Below are positions 48,101-59,465 of a DNA stretch of 64,000 bases, in pieces. The DNA is taken from contig BCKQ01000009.1 of the NCBI GenBank assembly GCA_001600695.1, positions 45,330-109,329 of the forward strand, given 5' to 3'. Source of the DNA: Ascoidea asiatica JCM 7603 (lineage: Eukaryota; Fungi; Ascomycota). The notes under the pieces are model-generated. The model was not told where the DNA came from. It worked only from the letters and a program-made list of their open reading frames with translations, and searched no databases. The translations under genes were made by a program, and so were the position numbers. Positions within the stretch are counted from its first letter, which is position 1. Each line of letters begins with the position of its first letter.

Positions 48101-51100
48101 ATTAATCACTCGATTGACTATAATTTAAACTCATATCAAAATTTCATTGATTGTCTAATGTTCTCTTTTAAGAACATTAAGTGCTTAGCTGAATTTTTTT
48201 CAAAAAAAAAATGGCTAATTAGATTTTTTTCTGTTATATTTAAATTAAAAGTTCAGAGTTCTCCTGTTATGGCTAAGGTCTTAAATCAATTTATTGAATT
48301 AGCTTCTGATATTATTGTCGAAAAAATATTTAGTAATGAAAGTTATTCGTTAGTGGAATCTTTTGATGAATCTGATCTTATTTCCAGAAGGGTTCTTTTA
48401 GGTCTTGTTTATCCCCATGTTATTGAAAAGATCTTATCAAGATTATCGGATTCTAATGAAAATATATTCGCAGGCCGAATGTATAGTAAAAATATAGCAA
48501 AGGTCTTGCTTCAAAGTGTGGACTCATATCATTCTTTTATTTGGGATTTCGATGATCTTCGAATATTGGTTCATACACTTTCATTATTTATTGAAAAGTT
48601 TGAAAAGCGCTTTGATAGAGGCTCTACAAGTATGAAAAATTTGAAAAGATGCTTAGGAGTTTTGACATTGGATAGATTATTTATGCTCACCTACGATAAT
48701 AATAAAGATACAAAGGAAGCGAAAGATCTTCTAGAATCTTTTTTTTATAATCAAGCGATATATCTTTCCCCTAATGTTTTTACAAATGAGAAAATAGCTT
48801 CTTTAATTGTATTTATATTTCAAAATATCAAAAATTCCGAGGTAAAAAGTTTATCTATCAATTTGTTAAGAGTTATTTATATGTCTAAGAGGTCCATATT
48901 TAACAGTATAGCTGAAATAATCACTAAGGACCATCAAGGAGAAATTCTAAATTTTTTCGATCATATTGAAACAGCAAGTGATGATGACGTTGTATCATTA
49001 GCTGAAAATAACCCTGTAATTAGAAACTCATTTCAAAGATATTTGTACATAATATTTGATGATTATGAAAAGGATTTTTGCAGAAAAAGATCAATTATTG
49101 ATGTTTTGAAATCTTTGAAAGAAAACGTTGATAATGCTTCAGTCGAATTTTTTATTGATTTTAGAGCAGATTGTGTGACAAAGAAAGCTACTATAATATC
49201 TGTTGAGTTGATGAAATATTATAGATATTTGCAAGATCATCAGGATAATATTCAATTTTTCATATCAAATTTTAATAAGTCTAAATCTGAATGTTTTAGA
49301 GTTTTTTTTGAAAATCCACCTAAAAGTTGGGTCCTAGATTCAATCGAAAGTTTTGATAGAATGAGAAAAAGAATTGTTCCGGAAGAATATGTCGGCAATG
49401 ATGAAAAACTTTCATACAAGATAGAAGTTCCTCTTTCAAAAAATGCAATTACCTCTACATCTACTTCTGATTCGAATGATCTTTCAAAGGCAGGAAGAAG
49501 TGCCGAGAATTTAGTTAGTGATAATGAAGATTTTGAATTTGTGGAAGATCCTATATATTTCGAGAATTCTCAAGAAGATAGGAATAGAAAAATTCTTCGA
49601 AGTTTATATGTCGGAGATAGAATAAAGGATCTCTGGAACATTAGTCAAATATTAGGATTAGAAGCTGCTGAAGGAATTTTAATTTTGGGAGAAACTCATT
49701 TATATTTAGTTGAAAATTATTTTCATTGTCTGAATGGTGAAGTTGTGGATGTAGAAGATGCACCTACTGGTTCTAGAGATCCTTATATGCAATTAATAGC
49801 AGGTCAACCAAAGACAAAAATATTTTTGAAAAAGAATAATAGAACTCATCGTACAAGTACATGGGAAATAAGTAAATTGACATCGGTTTCAAAAAGACAG
49901 TTTTTATTAAGAGATGTTGCTTTAGAATTATTTTTCATGAATGGAAGTAGTTTCTTGATTACATGTCGTGAAACAGTAGGAAGAGATAAAATTTATTCAA
50001 AATTATCTGGTTGTACATCAGGATCAGGTATTGATAAGGATCTTTCAGATGCATTCAAAGTAGCAAATTCTCAAGCATATTCAACTTTGAATACTTTAAA
50101 TAATAATCTTGCATTGAAATTTGCAAATGCATTTAGTCAAAATATTTCTAGTTCATCATCTGGAATAACCAGAAAATGGAGAAAAGGAAAAATATCGAAT
50201 TTTTATTATTTAATGATTGTTAATACTTTAGCAGGTAGAACATTTAATGATCTTACTCAATATCCTGTTTTTCCCTGGGTTATTGCAGATTATACAAGTG
50301 AAGAACTTGATTTTACTAATGAGAAAACATTTAGAGATTTATCAAAGCCTATGGGAGCACAAAATATTAATAGAGAAAATCAATTCAAAGAAAGATATGA
50401 AGCATTGGTTGGAATGACAGATGATGCACCATTCCATTATGGTACACATTATTCATCGGCTATGATTGTATCATCATTTTTAATTAGATTAGAACCATAT
50501 GTTCAATCATATCTTCTTTTACAAGGAGGAAAATTTGATCATGCAGATAGATTATTTTACTCTATTTCTAAAGCATGGAATTCAGCATCAAGAGATAATA
50601 ATGCAGATGTAAGAGAATTAATACCAGAATTTTATTATTTAGATGATTTTCTTATAAATAATAATAATTTTAAATTTGGTAAATTACAAAATGGTAAAAC
50701 TATTGATAATGTTGAATTACCACCATGGGCCAAAGGAGATCCAAAAATATTCATTAGAAAACAACGAGAAGCATTAGAAAGTGAATATGTTTCAAATCAT
50801 TTACATGAATGGATTGATTTAATATTTGGAATTAAGCAAAGAGGACAAAATGCAATTGATTCAACTAATGTGTTTCATTATTTAAGTTATAGAGGAGCAA
50901 TTGATTTAGATAAAATAAAAGATGAAAATGAAAGAAAAGCAATGACAGGAATTATTCATAATTTTGGACAAACACCTTTACAAGTATTTTCAAAATCTCA
51001 TCCATCAAAAGAAATTTTATTACCAATTAATTTAAATATTAAAAAAATTTTAGATATTCCAGTTTTTATTTCAGAATCTCGAAGTAAAAAGCCAATAAAA

Positions 51101-52192
51101 CATATTGAAATAAGTTTAAAAGATAATAGTTGGAAAGGTAGAAGTAATTTATTTTCATGTGAAGATAATTTAAGAATTCGAGCAGCACCAACAGTTTCAT
51201 CATTATCAGTAAATGGTAGAATTTTTGAAGATATTCATCTTGGTAATCTTACATGTTTAAAACAAGTTGGTAATAGAATATTTTTAACTGGATCAGATGA
51301 TGGAACAATCAATGTTTGGAAATATCCTTTAAGGGGTGAAATTAATTTGAATATGAAATATGATTATGGTAATAATGATAGAAATATTATTAATATGAAT
51401 GGTAGTGGTAGTAATAATGATAGTAATCTAGGAAATTTAAAAAAATTTGATATTGATCTTGAATTCCAAACAGTCTTAAGAGGACATTTAAGTTCAATTA
51501 AAGAAATATCAGTTGCACCAGCTTGGAATCTTGTTTTAAGTTTAGATGAATTAGGTGATACAAGATTATGGGATTTAGCTAGATATAATTTTATAAGAAG
51601 AATTGGAGATAAAATCAAGAGAAAAGAAAAATATAAAAATTATAAAATTAATCATATTGAAATTTCAAATGATACTGGATTAATTGCATTATGCTTGAAA
51701 AATTTGGTTGAAATTTATACATTAAATGGAAATTTTATCATTCAAAAAGAATATAAAGATAATATAAGTTGTATAAGTTTTGCAAAAATGAATTCAATTA
51801 TTCCAAATCAAAATCATTGGAACAAAAATGGAAATTTAATTAATAATAATAATAGTTCAATGGGATTAAATACATCATTATCAACATCTTCATCATCAAA
51901 TGGAGAATTTTATAATAAAAATCATGAATTTTGGAAAAATATGCAAATAATTCTTATTGGAGGTAAAAATTCAGTAATGGTTAATGAACTTGATATTAAA
52001 AATGGAGAATGGGAAATAAATACATTAAGAACATTCAAACTTCAAAAACAAAAAGATGGAGAAGAAATTGAGTCAGAAATAACTGCAATTGAAATGAATT
52101 TATACAGTGAATTAGATGGATTTGGAGAACTCGAAGGAAGAGCTCAACTTGTCACTGGAGACTCAAAAGGTCGATTGGCAGTGTGGAACTAG
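44057..52192 (+). CDS. BPH1: BEACH-domain protein (beige homolog) with PH-BEACH-WD40 C-terminus
   Basis: Motifs KRQFLLRDVALELFF, ISNFYYLMIVNTLAGRTFNDLTQYPVFPWVIADY, FHYGTHYSSA, DVRELIPEFYY and NFGQTPLQVF, followed by WD repeats. First ATG is at 44057. Confidence 0.95.
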
Positions 52193-53261
52193 AACCACAG
52201 CGCTGGTTCACTTGAAATATGCATTTGGGTGCTAATACATGTATTTTAGTGCAACTGCACTTGTGTGTATAAGTATGCAAGTTTATTTATTATAATGTAG
52301 TATTATAGTGTACCATATCACTGGTACAATAATTAAAACGCCAATTTTGTGGTACCTGATTTTTTTTTTTAAAAAAATAGACTTGGGTCTAGACCTTTTT
52401 TAGACCTCGATTAGTCGTTGCTTGGACCTCGTTTTCCAGTGGTTTTAGTGTGAGGATTGGTCACATTTAAGAACCGGCCCGAATTGGAACACAAGCAACG
52501 TCCAATATACTAAGTTGAAACCAATCAGTATACTTAAATAAAATACAATTATCATCTGAGAAGAGAAAGATCCTATTGAAGCCAATATCAAAAACAGCCT
52601 AGAAACATAGAGAAGCAGAATGACATACTTGTCTATTCTATTTGTTAAAAAGTCTGAGTTTGACGTAAGCGAAAGCCAGCTGGAAATTCACTGTTCACTG
52701 CTCCACTATCAACAATAAAAGTCATCGCAATCCAACTGAAAACTGCGGTGAAAGCTAAAAGGCTATAGAAGCTAATAGCTATGAAAATTATAATAGCTAT
52801 AAAAGTTATGAAGATCATAAATATCAAATAAATTATTAAAGCTACAGAAGCTCTGGAAAGCTCTGCAAAACTCTGTTTTTGATAGTTCTCTGCATTTTTC
52901 TTGCTTGTTTTCAGTCTAGAAAATGCTTTAGTTGCTCTAAAAACTCTTTGTAAGCTTGTTATAGTTGCTTTCTCAATATCTATATATTTCTTTACCTCAA
53001 AGAAGTGCTTTATTTGGTTTATTAACTAGCTTTATATAAAAGAAAAATTATGTAAGAGAATTGATTCCTGTTTCTGCTTTCTTTTGTATAAATATAATCT
53101 TCAAATTTAGTTCATTTTTTTTTATATTTATTTTGATTTTTTTCAAAAAAAATATAGAATATCAAATAATTAACTACTAATAATACCCAATTCAATTAAT
53201 CTCAATTCATTAATATACACTTATATCCATATATTCAATTAAAGTTATATAAATATTCAGA

Positions 53262-54230
53262 ATGGCAGGAATCAAAAAACGTATTTTCAGTTTGTTACCT
53301 TTATTTTTCTTATTGGGAACAGGTTTACTTTTATTTTTAATTTTATTAAATGGTTCTGCAAATAGTTCATTTTTAGGAAAAATGTATTGGATAAAAGCTG
53401 ATACTTCTTCAATTACATCTGCAAAACATAATTTAACAAGATGGACTAATTATGCTTCTTGTGGTGTCAGCGGTAATAAAAATTCTCAATGTACTAGTAC
53501 AAAAGCTGCTTATCCATTTTCTCCAAAAGATAATTTCAGTTCAACAAGTGGTATACCAAAAGAATTTATTAATCATAGAAAAACTTATTATTATTTATCA
53601 AGATATTCATGGGCTGGTTTTTTAATTGGTTTATTTTTTACACTTCTTTCAATTCTAATTACTGCTCTTGGTTTATGTTGTGCAACAACTTTATTTTCAA
53701 CTTTATCAACATTAATTTTATTTTTAGCTCTTTTATTTACAACTTCTGCTGCTTCTTGTCTTACTGCTGCTTTAGTTAAAGGTAGAAATGCTTTTAGAAA
53801 TAGTGGTCATAGTTCAAGTTTAAATACTACAATGATGGCTTTTGTTTGGGTTTCTGTATTTTTATTATTATTTTCTTGGTTATCAATGGTTGGTGTTTCA
53901 TGTGGTGCTTTATTTCAAAAAAATAAAGCTTATAAAAATGATAAAGAATCTGGTTTCCAATCAAGAAATGCAAATTATAAAACTGATTTATCCTCTTCTG
54001 ATGAAGGTGAATTTATTCCAGCTCCTGGTCCAACTGCAAATACTCCTGGTTTTCATTCAACTCGTAATATTAATAATACTAATAATAATCTTAATAATAA
54101 TGGAATTGCTTCCAATGAACTTGGTAGAAACAATCAACAGCCTGGTTTATTAAGAAAGTTTTTTTTTAGACCAAAAGAAGAAGTAGCCTATAATCAAAAT
54201 GCAACATCTGCTCCAATTAATAATGTTTAA
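53262..54230 (+). CDS. Sur7/PalI-family tetraspan plasma-membrane (eisosome/MCC) protein, Sur7/Fmp45-like
   Basis: Four hydrophobic segments, with motifs YWIKADTSSI, TRWTNYASC, AAYPFSPKDNF and YYYLSRYSW. Confidence 0.88.
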   Translation: MAGIKKRIFSLLPLFFLLGTGLLLFLILLNGSANSSFLGKMYWIKADTSSITSAKHNLTRWTNYASCGVSGNKNSQCTSTKAAYPFSPKDNFSSTSGIPKEFINHRKTYYYLSRYSWAGFLIGLFFTLLSILITALGLCCATTLFSTLSTLILFLALLFTTSAASCLTAALVKGRNAFRNSGHSSSLNTTMMAFVWVSVFLLLFSWLSMVGVSCGALFQKNKAYKNDKESGFQSRNANYKTDLSSSDEGEFIPAPGPTANTPGFHSTRNINNTNNNLNNNGIASNELGRNNQQPGLLRKFFFRPKEEVAYNQNATSAPINNV

Positions 54231-54567
54231 GAAACATATTACAGTTATAACAAATAATCAATCGAATAATAGTTAATTTTAATTCCCTTTTTTATTAAAA
54301 CTTTTTTTTATAATTTACTTAATAATAAAATATATATTAATGTATGTATGTATTTATATTATACACTTTAATGAAATAATAAGCACTATATAATTTTGGA
54401 TAACCAACCCATGCTAAGAAAAAAAGAAAAAGATAAAACAAAAAGAGCAAATTAAAGAAATGTAGATATGTAAATGTGTAGACATGTAGATAGATTTGTG
54501 AATAAAATTACAAAAGAAATGAACGAAGAGCAAAAGTTATAAGAAGAAGTTTATGAAAATTAGAAAA

Positions 54568-56199
54568 TCATGATAAGCAACTTTGTAAAAGATTTAAATT
54601 TGGGAATTTTTGAGATATAAAAGATAAGTTAGATTGTTTATAACTATTAATTTGATCATAAGATATAGTACCAATTGATTCTAATTGACTTGATAATTGA
54701 TAAAGAGAATTAAAAGAAGATAAATAATCATCATAATTGATCTTTTTTATTATACTTTTTTTGTTATTATTATTATTATTTAAATTGTTATTAATATCAG
54801 TTTTATTATTGAGATTTAAATTACTTATAATATTATAATTTGCTTTTAAATCTAAAGGAATTTGAATTATAAAAATATTTTTTGAAATATTTAAAATTGA
54901 ATCAAAAATATTTGAATCTAAAGAAATTTTATAATTTTTATTAAAAGTTAATTTAATTTTATTTAAATTTTTATTATTATTAATAATTTTTGAAATTAAA
55001 AAATCTATTGAATTTAATTTTTTTTTATTTTTTTGATTTGAATAATAATCATCATATTCATCATTATTATAAATTGGTAAATTAACTAAATTTAAACTTG
55101 ATAAATTTTTATAATGAAATAAATCTTTTAAATGTTTAAAACAAATACAATTTTTATTACCACAAAATTCAATTTTAATTTTTTTTAAATGAATTGGATT
55201 AAAAATATGATGTAAAGATTTTAAGAAATAATTATTTGAAGAATTTAAATTTGAAAAAGAAGATAATAAGAAATCATTATAATTTGAATCTTGATTAATT
55301 TGAGATAATTGATTAAATTGATCATAATTATCAAATTCATTTAAAAATTTATGATTTAAATCTAAAGAAGTAATATTATTAATTAAAGGTATATTATCTT
55401 TTAAATTTAAAGGTAAATTAATTTGATTGAATATATAAAGTGGAGAAGTATAAAAAATCAAATGATTTATATTACTTTTAGAGCTATTATAATTATTATT
55501 ATTATTATTATTATTAAAAATGAATTTATTGAATAAATTTTGATAAAATAATTTTTCATTTGAAGATAAAATATTTGAATTTGAAAGATTTAAATTTAAA
55601 GTTTTTAAAGAAGATAATAAATTTAAATTATTTGATAATAAAATTGAATTATTAATTTTATTAATTAATTGATTTTTTTCATTATAAATAATTTTATAAC
55701 TATAATCATAATAATATTTATTATTATTATTATTAGTATAAGAAGGAGGTAATTGATAATAAATTGAATATAAATTTATATTAAATTTTGAATTTAATAT
55801 TAAATTAACTAAATTTAATTTTAAATTATTTAAATTTGAATTTTTTATTAAAATATTATAATCATTATTTAAAAAAGATAATTTTTTAATAAAATATATT
55901 AAAATTTGATTATTATTTAAAGTTGAAATGATTTTATTTAATTTTGAAGATTGAAAATTTATTTCATTATCAATTTCAAAATTATTTTTAGCTTTATTAT
56001 TATTATAATTTATGAAAGAAGTTGATGGAGATATATTTATATAATTATATAAGTTTTTTAAAGATAAATTATAAAAAAATTTACAAGATAATATTAAATT
56101 GAATAAAGTATTTGAATCATTATTTAAATTTTTTATAATTTTTTCAAAAATATCTTTTGGAAATACTTCAGTTATTGATTTTGAATTTACAACCGACAT
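54568..56199 (-). CDS. F-box-like protein, otherwise uncharacterised and extremely Asn/Leu/Ile-rich
   Basis: N-terminal ITEVFPKDIFEKIIKNL...LFNLILSCKFFYNLSLKNLYNYI fits a fungal F-box. LRR-like fragments (LSSLKTLNL, ITSLDL, LSSLNL) follow. Confidence 0.65.
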   Translation of the reverse strand: MSVVNSKSITEVFPKDIFEKIIKNLNNDSNTLFNLILSCKFFYNLSLKNLYNYINISPSTSFINYNNNKAKNNFEIDNEINFQSSKLNKIISTLNNNQILIYFIKKLSFLNNDYNILIKNSNLNNLKLNLVNLILNSKFNINLYSIYYQLPPSYTNNNNNKYYYDYSYKIIYNEKNQLINKINNSILLSNNLNLLSSLKTLNLNLSNSNILSSNEKLFYQNLFNKFIFNNNNNNNNYNSSKSNINHLIFYTSPLYIFNQINLPLNLKDNIPLINNITSLDLNHKFLNEFDNYDQFNQLSQINQDSNYNDFLLSSFSNLNSSNNYFLKSLHHIFNPIHLKKIKIEFCGNKNCICFKHLKDLFHYKNLSSLNLVNLPIYNNDEYDDYYSNQKNKKKLNSIDFLISKIINNNKNLNKIKLTFNKNYKISLDSNIFDSILNISKNIFIIQIPLDLKANYNIISNLNLNNKTDINNNLNNNNNNKKSIIKKINYDDYLSSFNSLYQLSSQLESIGTISYDQINSYKQSNLSFISQKFPNLNLLQSCLS

Positions 56200-56894
56200 T
56201 ATTATATATTGACAGATTGATTGATTGATTGATTATTGATTGATTGAATGAAATGAGTTTTATGATATGAGATAAGTTGAATGATTAAGATATTATTATT
56301 GAATGATAATATTGAATGATATAATTGAATGAATGAAAATGAAAATGGTGAGAATAAAGATATATTTATATTAAAAAAGATGAAAATAATAATAAAGAAA
56401 GGAACCCACTTAAATTATATAATATTAAGAATATAATCATAATATAATCATAATATAATCAAAATAGGATAGGATAGATTAATAAATGAAAGATAAATGA
56501 TAAATGATAAATGATAAATGATAAATAAAAGAAGTGAAATATTGAAATATTGAAATATTGTATTGCATTGTATATGAATAAAAAGTAAATAAATTATTTG
56601 AAGATTTAAGAAAATGAATGTTTTTGGAAATTGACTTGATTAAAAAAAAGTGGATTTATGGATAGATAAAAAAAATTGAATTGATTATGTGAAATTAAAC
56701 ATAATTTAAAGTGGGAGTGAACCAAATCAGGTCGATATTTAAAATTATTTAATATATTTTTATGATAAATGAGGGAGTTTAAAGGAATAAAAGCGTAATA
56801 AAAATAAAGGATAATAAAGAGGAATAAAGAAAGTAAAGAAGAATAAAGAGAAAGAATAAAGAGAAAGCATGCATTTATTTATTCACTCCCTTTT

Positions 56895-57480
56895 CCAGCT
56901 CGATTCGCCCCCAGAAAGAATAAATCGGGCGGTTCGTGATCGAAATCTGGGGTAATCGGAGGCGCCAGCCATGATGTGGCGTGTAACGTGCGGAAGTGGC
57001 AAAGCGTGGCGCGCTTTGACTCAAGCATCCCACGTCCAGATTCCGTTTCGGGAGCAGTCTCTTCCCCGGGGAAAGGGGAGCTTCTCCCACCCGCTTGGAA
57101 CCTCAGTCGGGCATCGCCGCAACCCACAGGGTCCATCCAGTCCTGACCTGTCACGTGCATGACTGGATCCCTTTTCAGCGGGGGGTTCAGTGCCAATCGA
57201 TATTCTGTGGGCTGGAGTTGTTTGGTCTGTTCACGTGCCCGCTGTTTCCAGGTGGGGCCCCATGCAGAGTCTGCATTCCTGCCTACTTTCCGTGTCCCGT
57301 TGACGCCAGAATTGAGGGTGTTCTTCTTCCTGCGGTGTTTCATTATTTGTTAGCGAATAAAATAATCTGCTGCTTTTCGCCTGCTCCACTTTTTCTTATC
57401 CAAACAGTCCGGAAGGATACAAAATCAGCGACTGGGGACAGACAGCTTTCTGAAGTAGGATGCTCTGTCCCAATTGAAGC
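56895..57480. promoter_or_regulatory. GC-rich divergent promoter (F-box gene / RBK1) with Mig1-type, STRE and CACGTG motifs
   Basis: Several SYGGGG/CCCCRS motifs, AGGGG, and CACGTG at 57152 and 57232. Confidence 0.55.
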
Positions 57481-57634
57481 AGTCAACAAATATTATTGTT
57501 TATTCTTCAACTGTCACAAATCCTTATTTAAATTTCAATCACAGCTATTAACGTTACTTATACCACTTTAAATTAGAAAAGAAGAAGAAGAAGAAGAAGA
57601 AGAAGAAACAACTAAAGAATTAAGAATTTCAAAT

Positions 57635-58780
57635 ATGATATCTGATAATATTGAAAAAGAAATTGAAATAACTGTAATTGGTTCTTTGAATTATGATTTA
57701 GTTACATATACAAAAACTTTTCCAAAACCTGGAGAAACCATATATGCAGAATCTTTTGAATCTCATTATGGTGGTAAAGGAATGAATGAAATTATTGCAA
57801 TTTCAAATTCAATTCCTATTAATAATAATAATAAAAAGAAAAAATTAAATTTAAGAATGATTGGTTCAATTGGTAATGATTCATTTGGTAAAAATTTATT
57901 AAATTTTTTAAAATTAAAAAAAATTAATATTAATAATATAAAAATTCAAAATAATTTTCAAACTGGTACTTCAACAATAATTGTAAATTCAATTAATGCT
58001 CAAAATAGAATTTTTTTTGTACCTGGTGCAAATTCTTTATTAAATTTATCAAATTCAATTCTCTTAAATTTATTTCCTTTTAAAAAAAATTTAATTAATC
58101 ATTTTATAATCTTACAAAATGAATTTTCTTCTTTTAAATCAATTATTAATTGGTTATCAATTCAAAAATCTTTAAATAATTTAAATTGTCAAATTTTTTA
58201 TAATCCTTCTCCATTTATTTCAATTAATGAATTATCATTTTGGAAAAATTTAGATTTTTTAATAATTAATGAATTTGAAGCTTTAAATATCTTTAATGAT
58301 ATATTTAATCAAAATTTATCAATTTTAACTCCAGATAACTCTAATACTACATCTAGTACTTCTAGTATCACTAAGAAAGAATTTATAGATCAATATTCTA
58401 ATTTAGGTTTAAAATTAATTAAAATTATAAATAATAATAAAAATTCATTAAATATTTTATTTATAACTCTTGGAAAATTTGGTTCATTATATTTTTCAAA
58501 TAATAATCAAATTAATAATCAAATTATATATTATTATCCTTCAATAATATTACCAAATAATAAAATTATAGATACAACTGGTGCTGGTGATACTTTTTTT
58601 GGTTCAATTGTTGCTCAACTAGCTTCAAATATAAATATAAAATATGCAATAAAATTTGCAACTTTTGCTTCTTCTTTAACTATTCAAAAAAAAGGTGCTT
58701 CAGAAGCTATGCCTTCTTTCAATGAAGTCAATTCTCTTATATCCCAATCTGAATCAAACTCCTCCTCCTCTTCTTCTTGA
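57635..58780 (+). CDS. RBK1: Ribokinase (PfkB family)
   Basis: Motifs VIGSLNYDLV, GGKGMN, IGSIGNDSFG, ILQNE, YNPSP, IINEFEA, ITLGKFG and IDTTGAGDTFFG. Confidence 0.92.
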   Translation: MISDNIEKEIEITVIGSLNYDLVTYTKTFPKPGETIYAESFESHYGGKGMNEIIAISNSIPINNNNKKKKLNLRMIGSIGNDSFGKNLLNFLKLKKININNIKIQNNFQTGTSTIIVNSINAQNRIFFVPGANSLLNLSNSILLNLFPFKKNLINHFIILQNEFSSFKSIINWLSIQKSLNNLNCQIFYNPSPFISINELSFWKNLDFLIINEFEALNIFNDIFNQNLSILTPDNSNTTSSTSSITKKEFIDQYSNLGLKLIKIINNNKNSLNILFITLGKFGSLYFSNNNQINNQIIYYYPSIILPNNKIIDTTGAGDTFFGSIVAQLASNINIKYAIKFATFASSLTIQKKGASEAMPSFNEVNSLISQSESNSSSSSS

Positions 58781-58805
58781 TTTATTCTCTCGGGCCTGGC
58801 CTATT

Positions 58806-58881
58806 CACCAAAAGCACCAAAAGCATCAAAAGCACCAAAAGCATCAAACTCTCCAAACTCTCCAAACTCTCCAAACTCTCC
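58806..58881. repeat. Two abutting 9-bp tandem arrays
   Basis: (CAYCAAAAG) x4 followed by (CAAACTCTC) x4. Confidence 0.85.
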
Positions 58882-58895
58882 TTATTTAAATTCAT

Positions 58896-59450
58896 TGTAG
58901 ATCCGTGCATCCGCAAATCCGCGAAACCGTGTCATGGATACCTGTGCATCCGAGCCGTAGCTTGATTCTAGTTCGAACGAAATATCTAATTATTACTAAG
59001 AAGATATCTAATTCAAATTATAAACAATTGTTGATTAAAATCTAAAATATATAAAAATTATATAAAAAATATGGGAGGTAAGTGCCCTATTTATATTAGT
59101 GGAAAATAGGAGCGGGTAACCCATCTTAAGAATAAATTTGTAAATTTAGTATGTGAAAGTTCATTTCCCATACTTAAGAAAAGAAATAAAACAAAGTATT
59201 GTTCTAGAAGACACTACGTCATTCTAAGAACAAATACAAAGATTCCAGTACATTCGAGATACACACAGAACTTCGAAGAAAGAATAAATAATGCTGACCC
59301 AGAACGTTCTAGTACATTTAACATGCACACGGAAGTTCTGAGAACGCAATAGAATGTAGTAGTAGCACAATCTATGCAATCTTAGAAAGTCTAAGAATTG
59401 CCTAGAATATTTGAAGACAATTCCAATAAAAGAATAAAATGATTAACAAT
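58896..59450 (-). repeat. Putative 3' LTR of the Ty3/Gypsy element (inner boundary uncertain)
   Basis: Non-coding block after the integrase stop, ending ...GATCTACA on the minus strand (TGTAG at 58896), with TATAAATA on the minus strand at 59088-59095. No clean polypurine tract found, and the second LTR lies outside the window. Confidence 0.55.
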
Positions 59451-59465
59451 CAAATAGCACCACGT

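Noticed and set aside
57036-57057. CCAGA-TTCCG-TTT-CGGG-AGCAG resembling SRP RNA helix 8
   Set aside because: The loop is not GNRA, and no Alu-domain motif or Pol III signals were found.
56875-57571. Five overlapping ORFs of 63-158 aa
   Set aside because: GC-island artefacts with no domain signatures and atypical codon usage.
58806-58881. Short direct-repeat arrays as a possible CRISPR or telomeric seed
   Set aside because: No spacers and a eukaryotic context. Similar 9-10 bp slippage repeats occur elsewhere, for example near 1565-1610.
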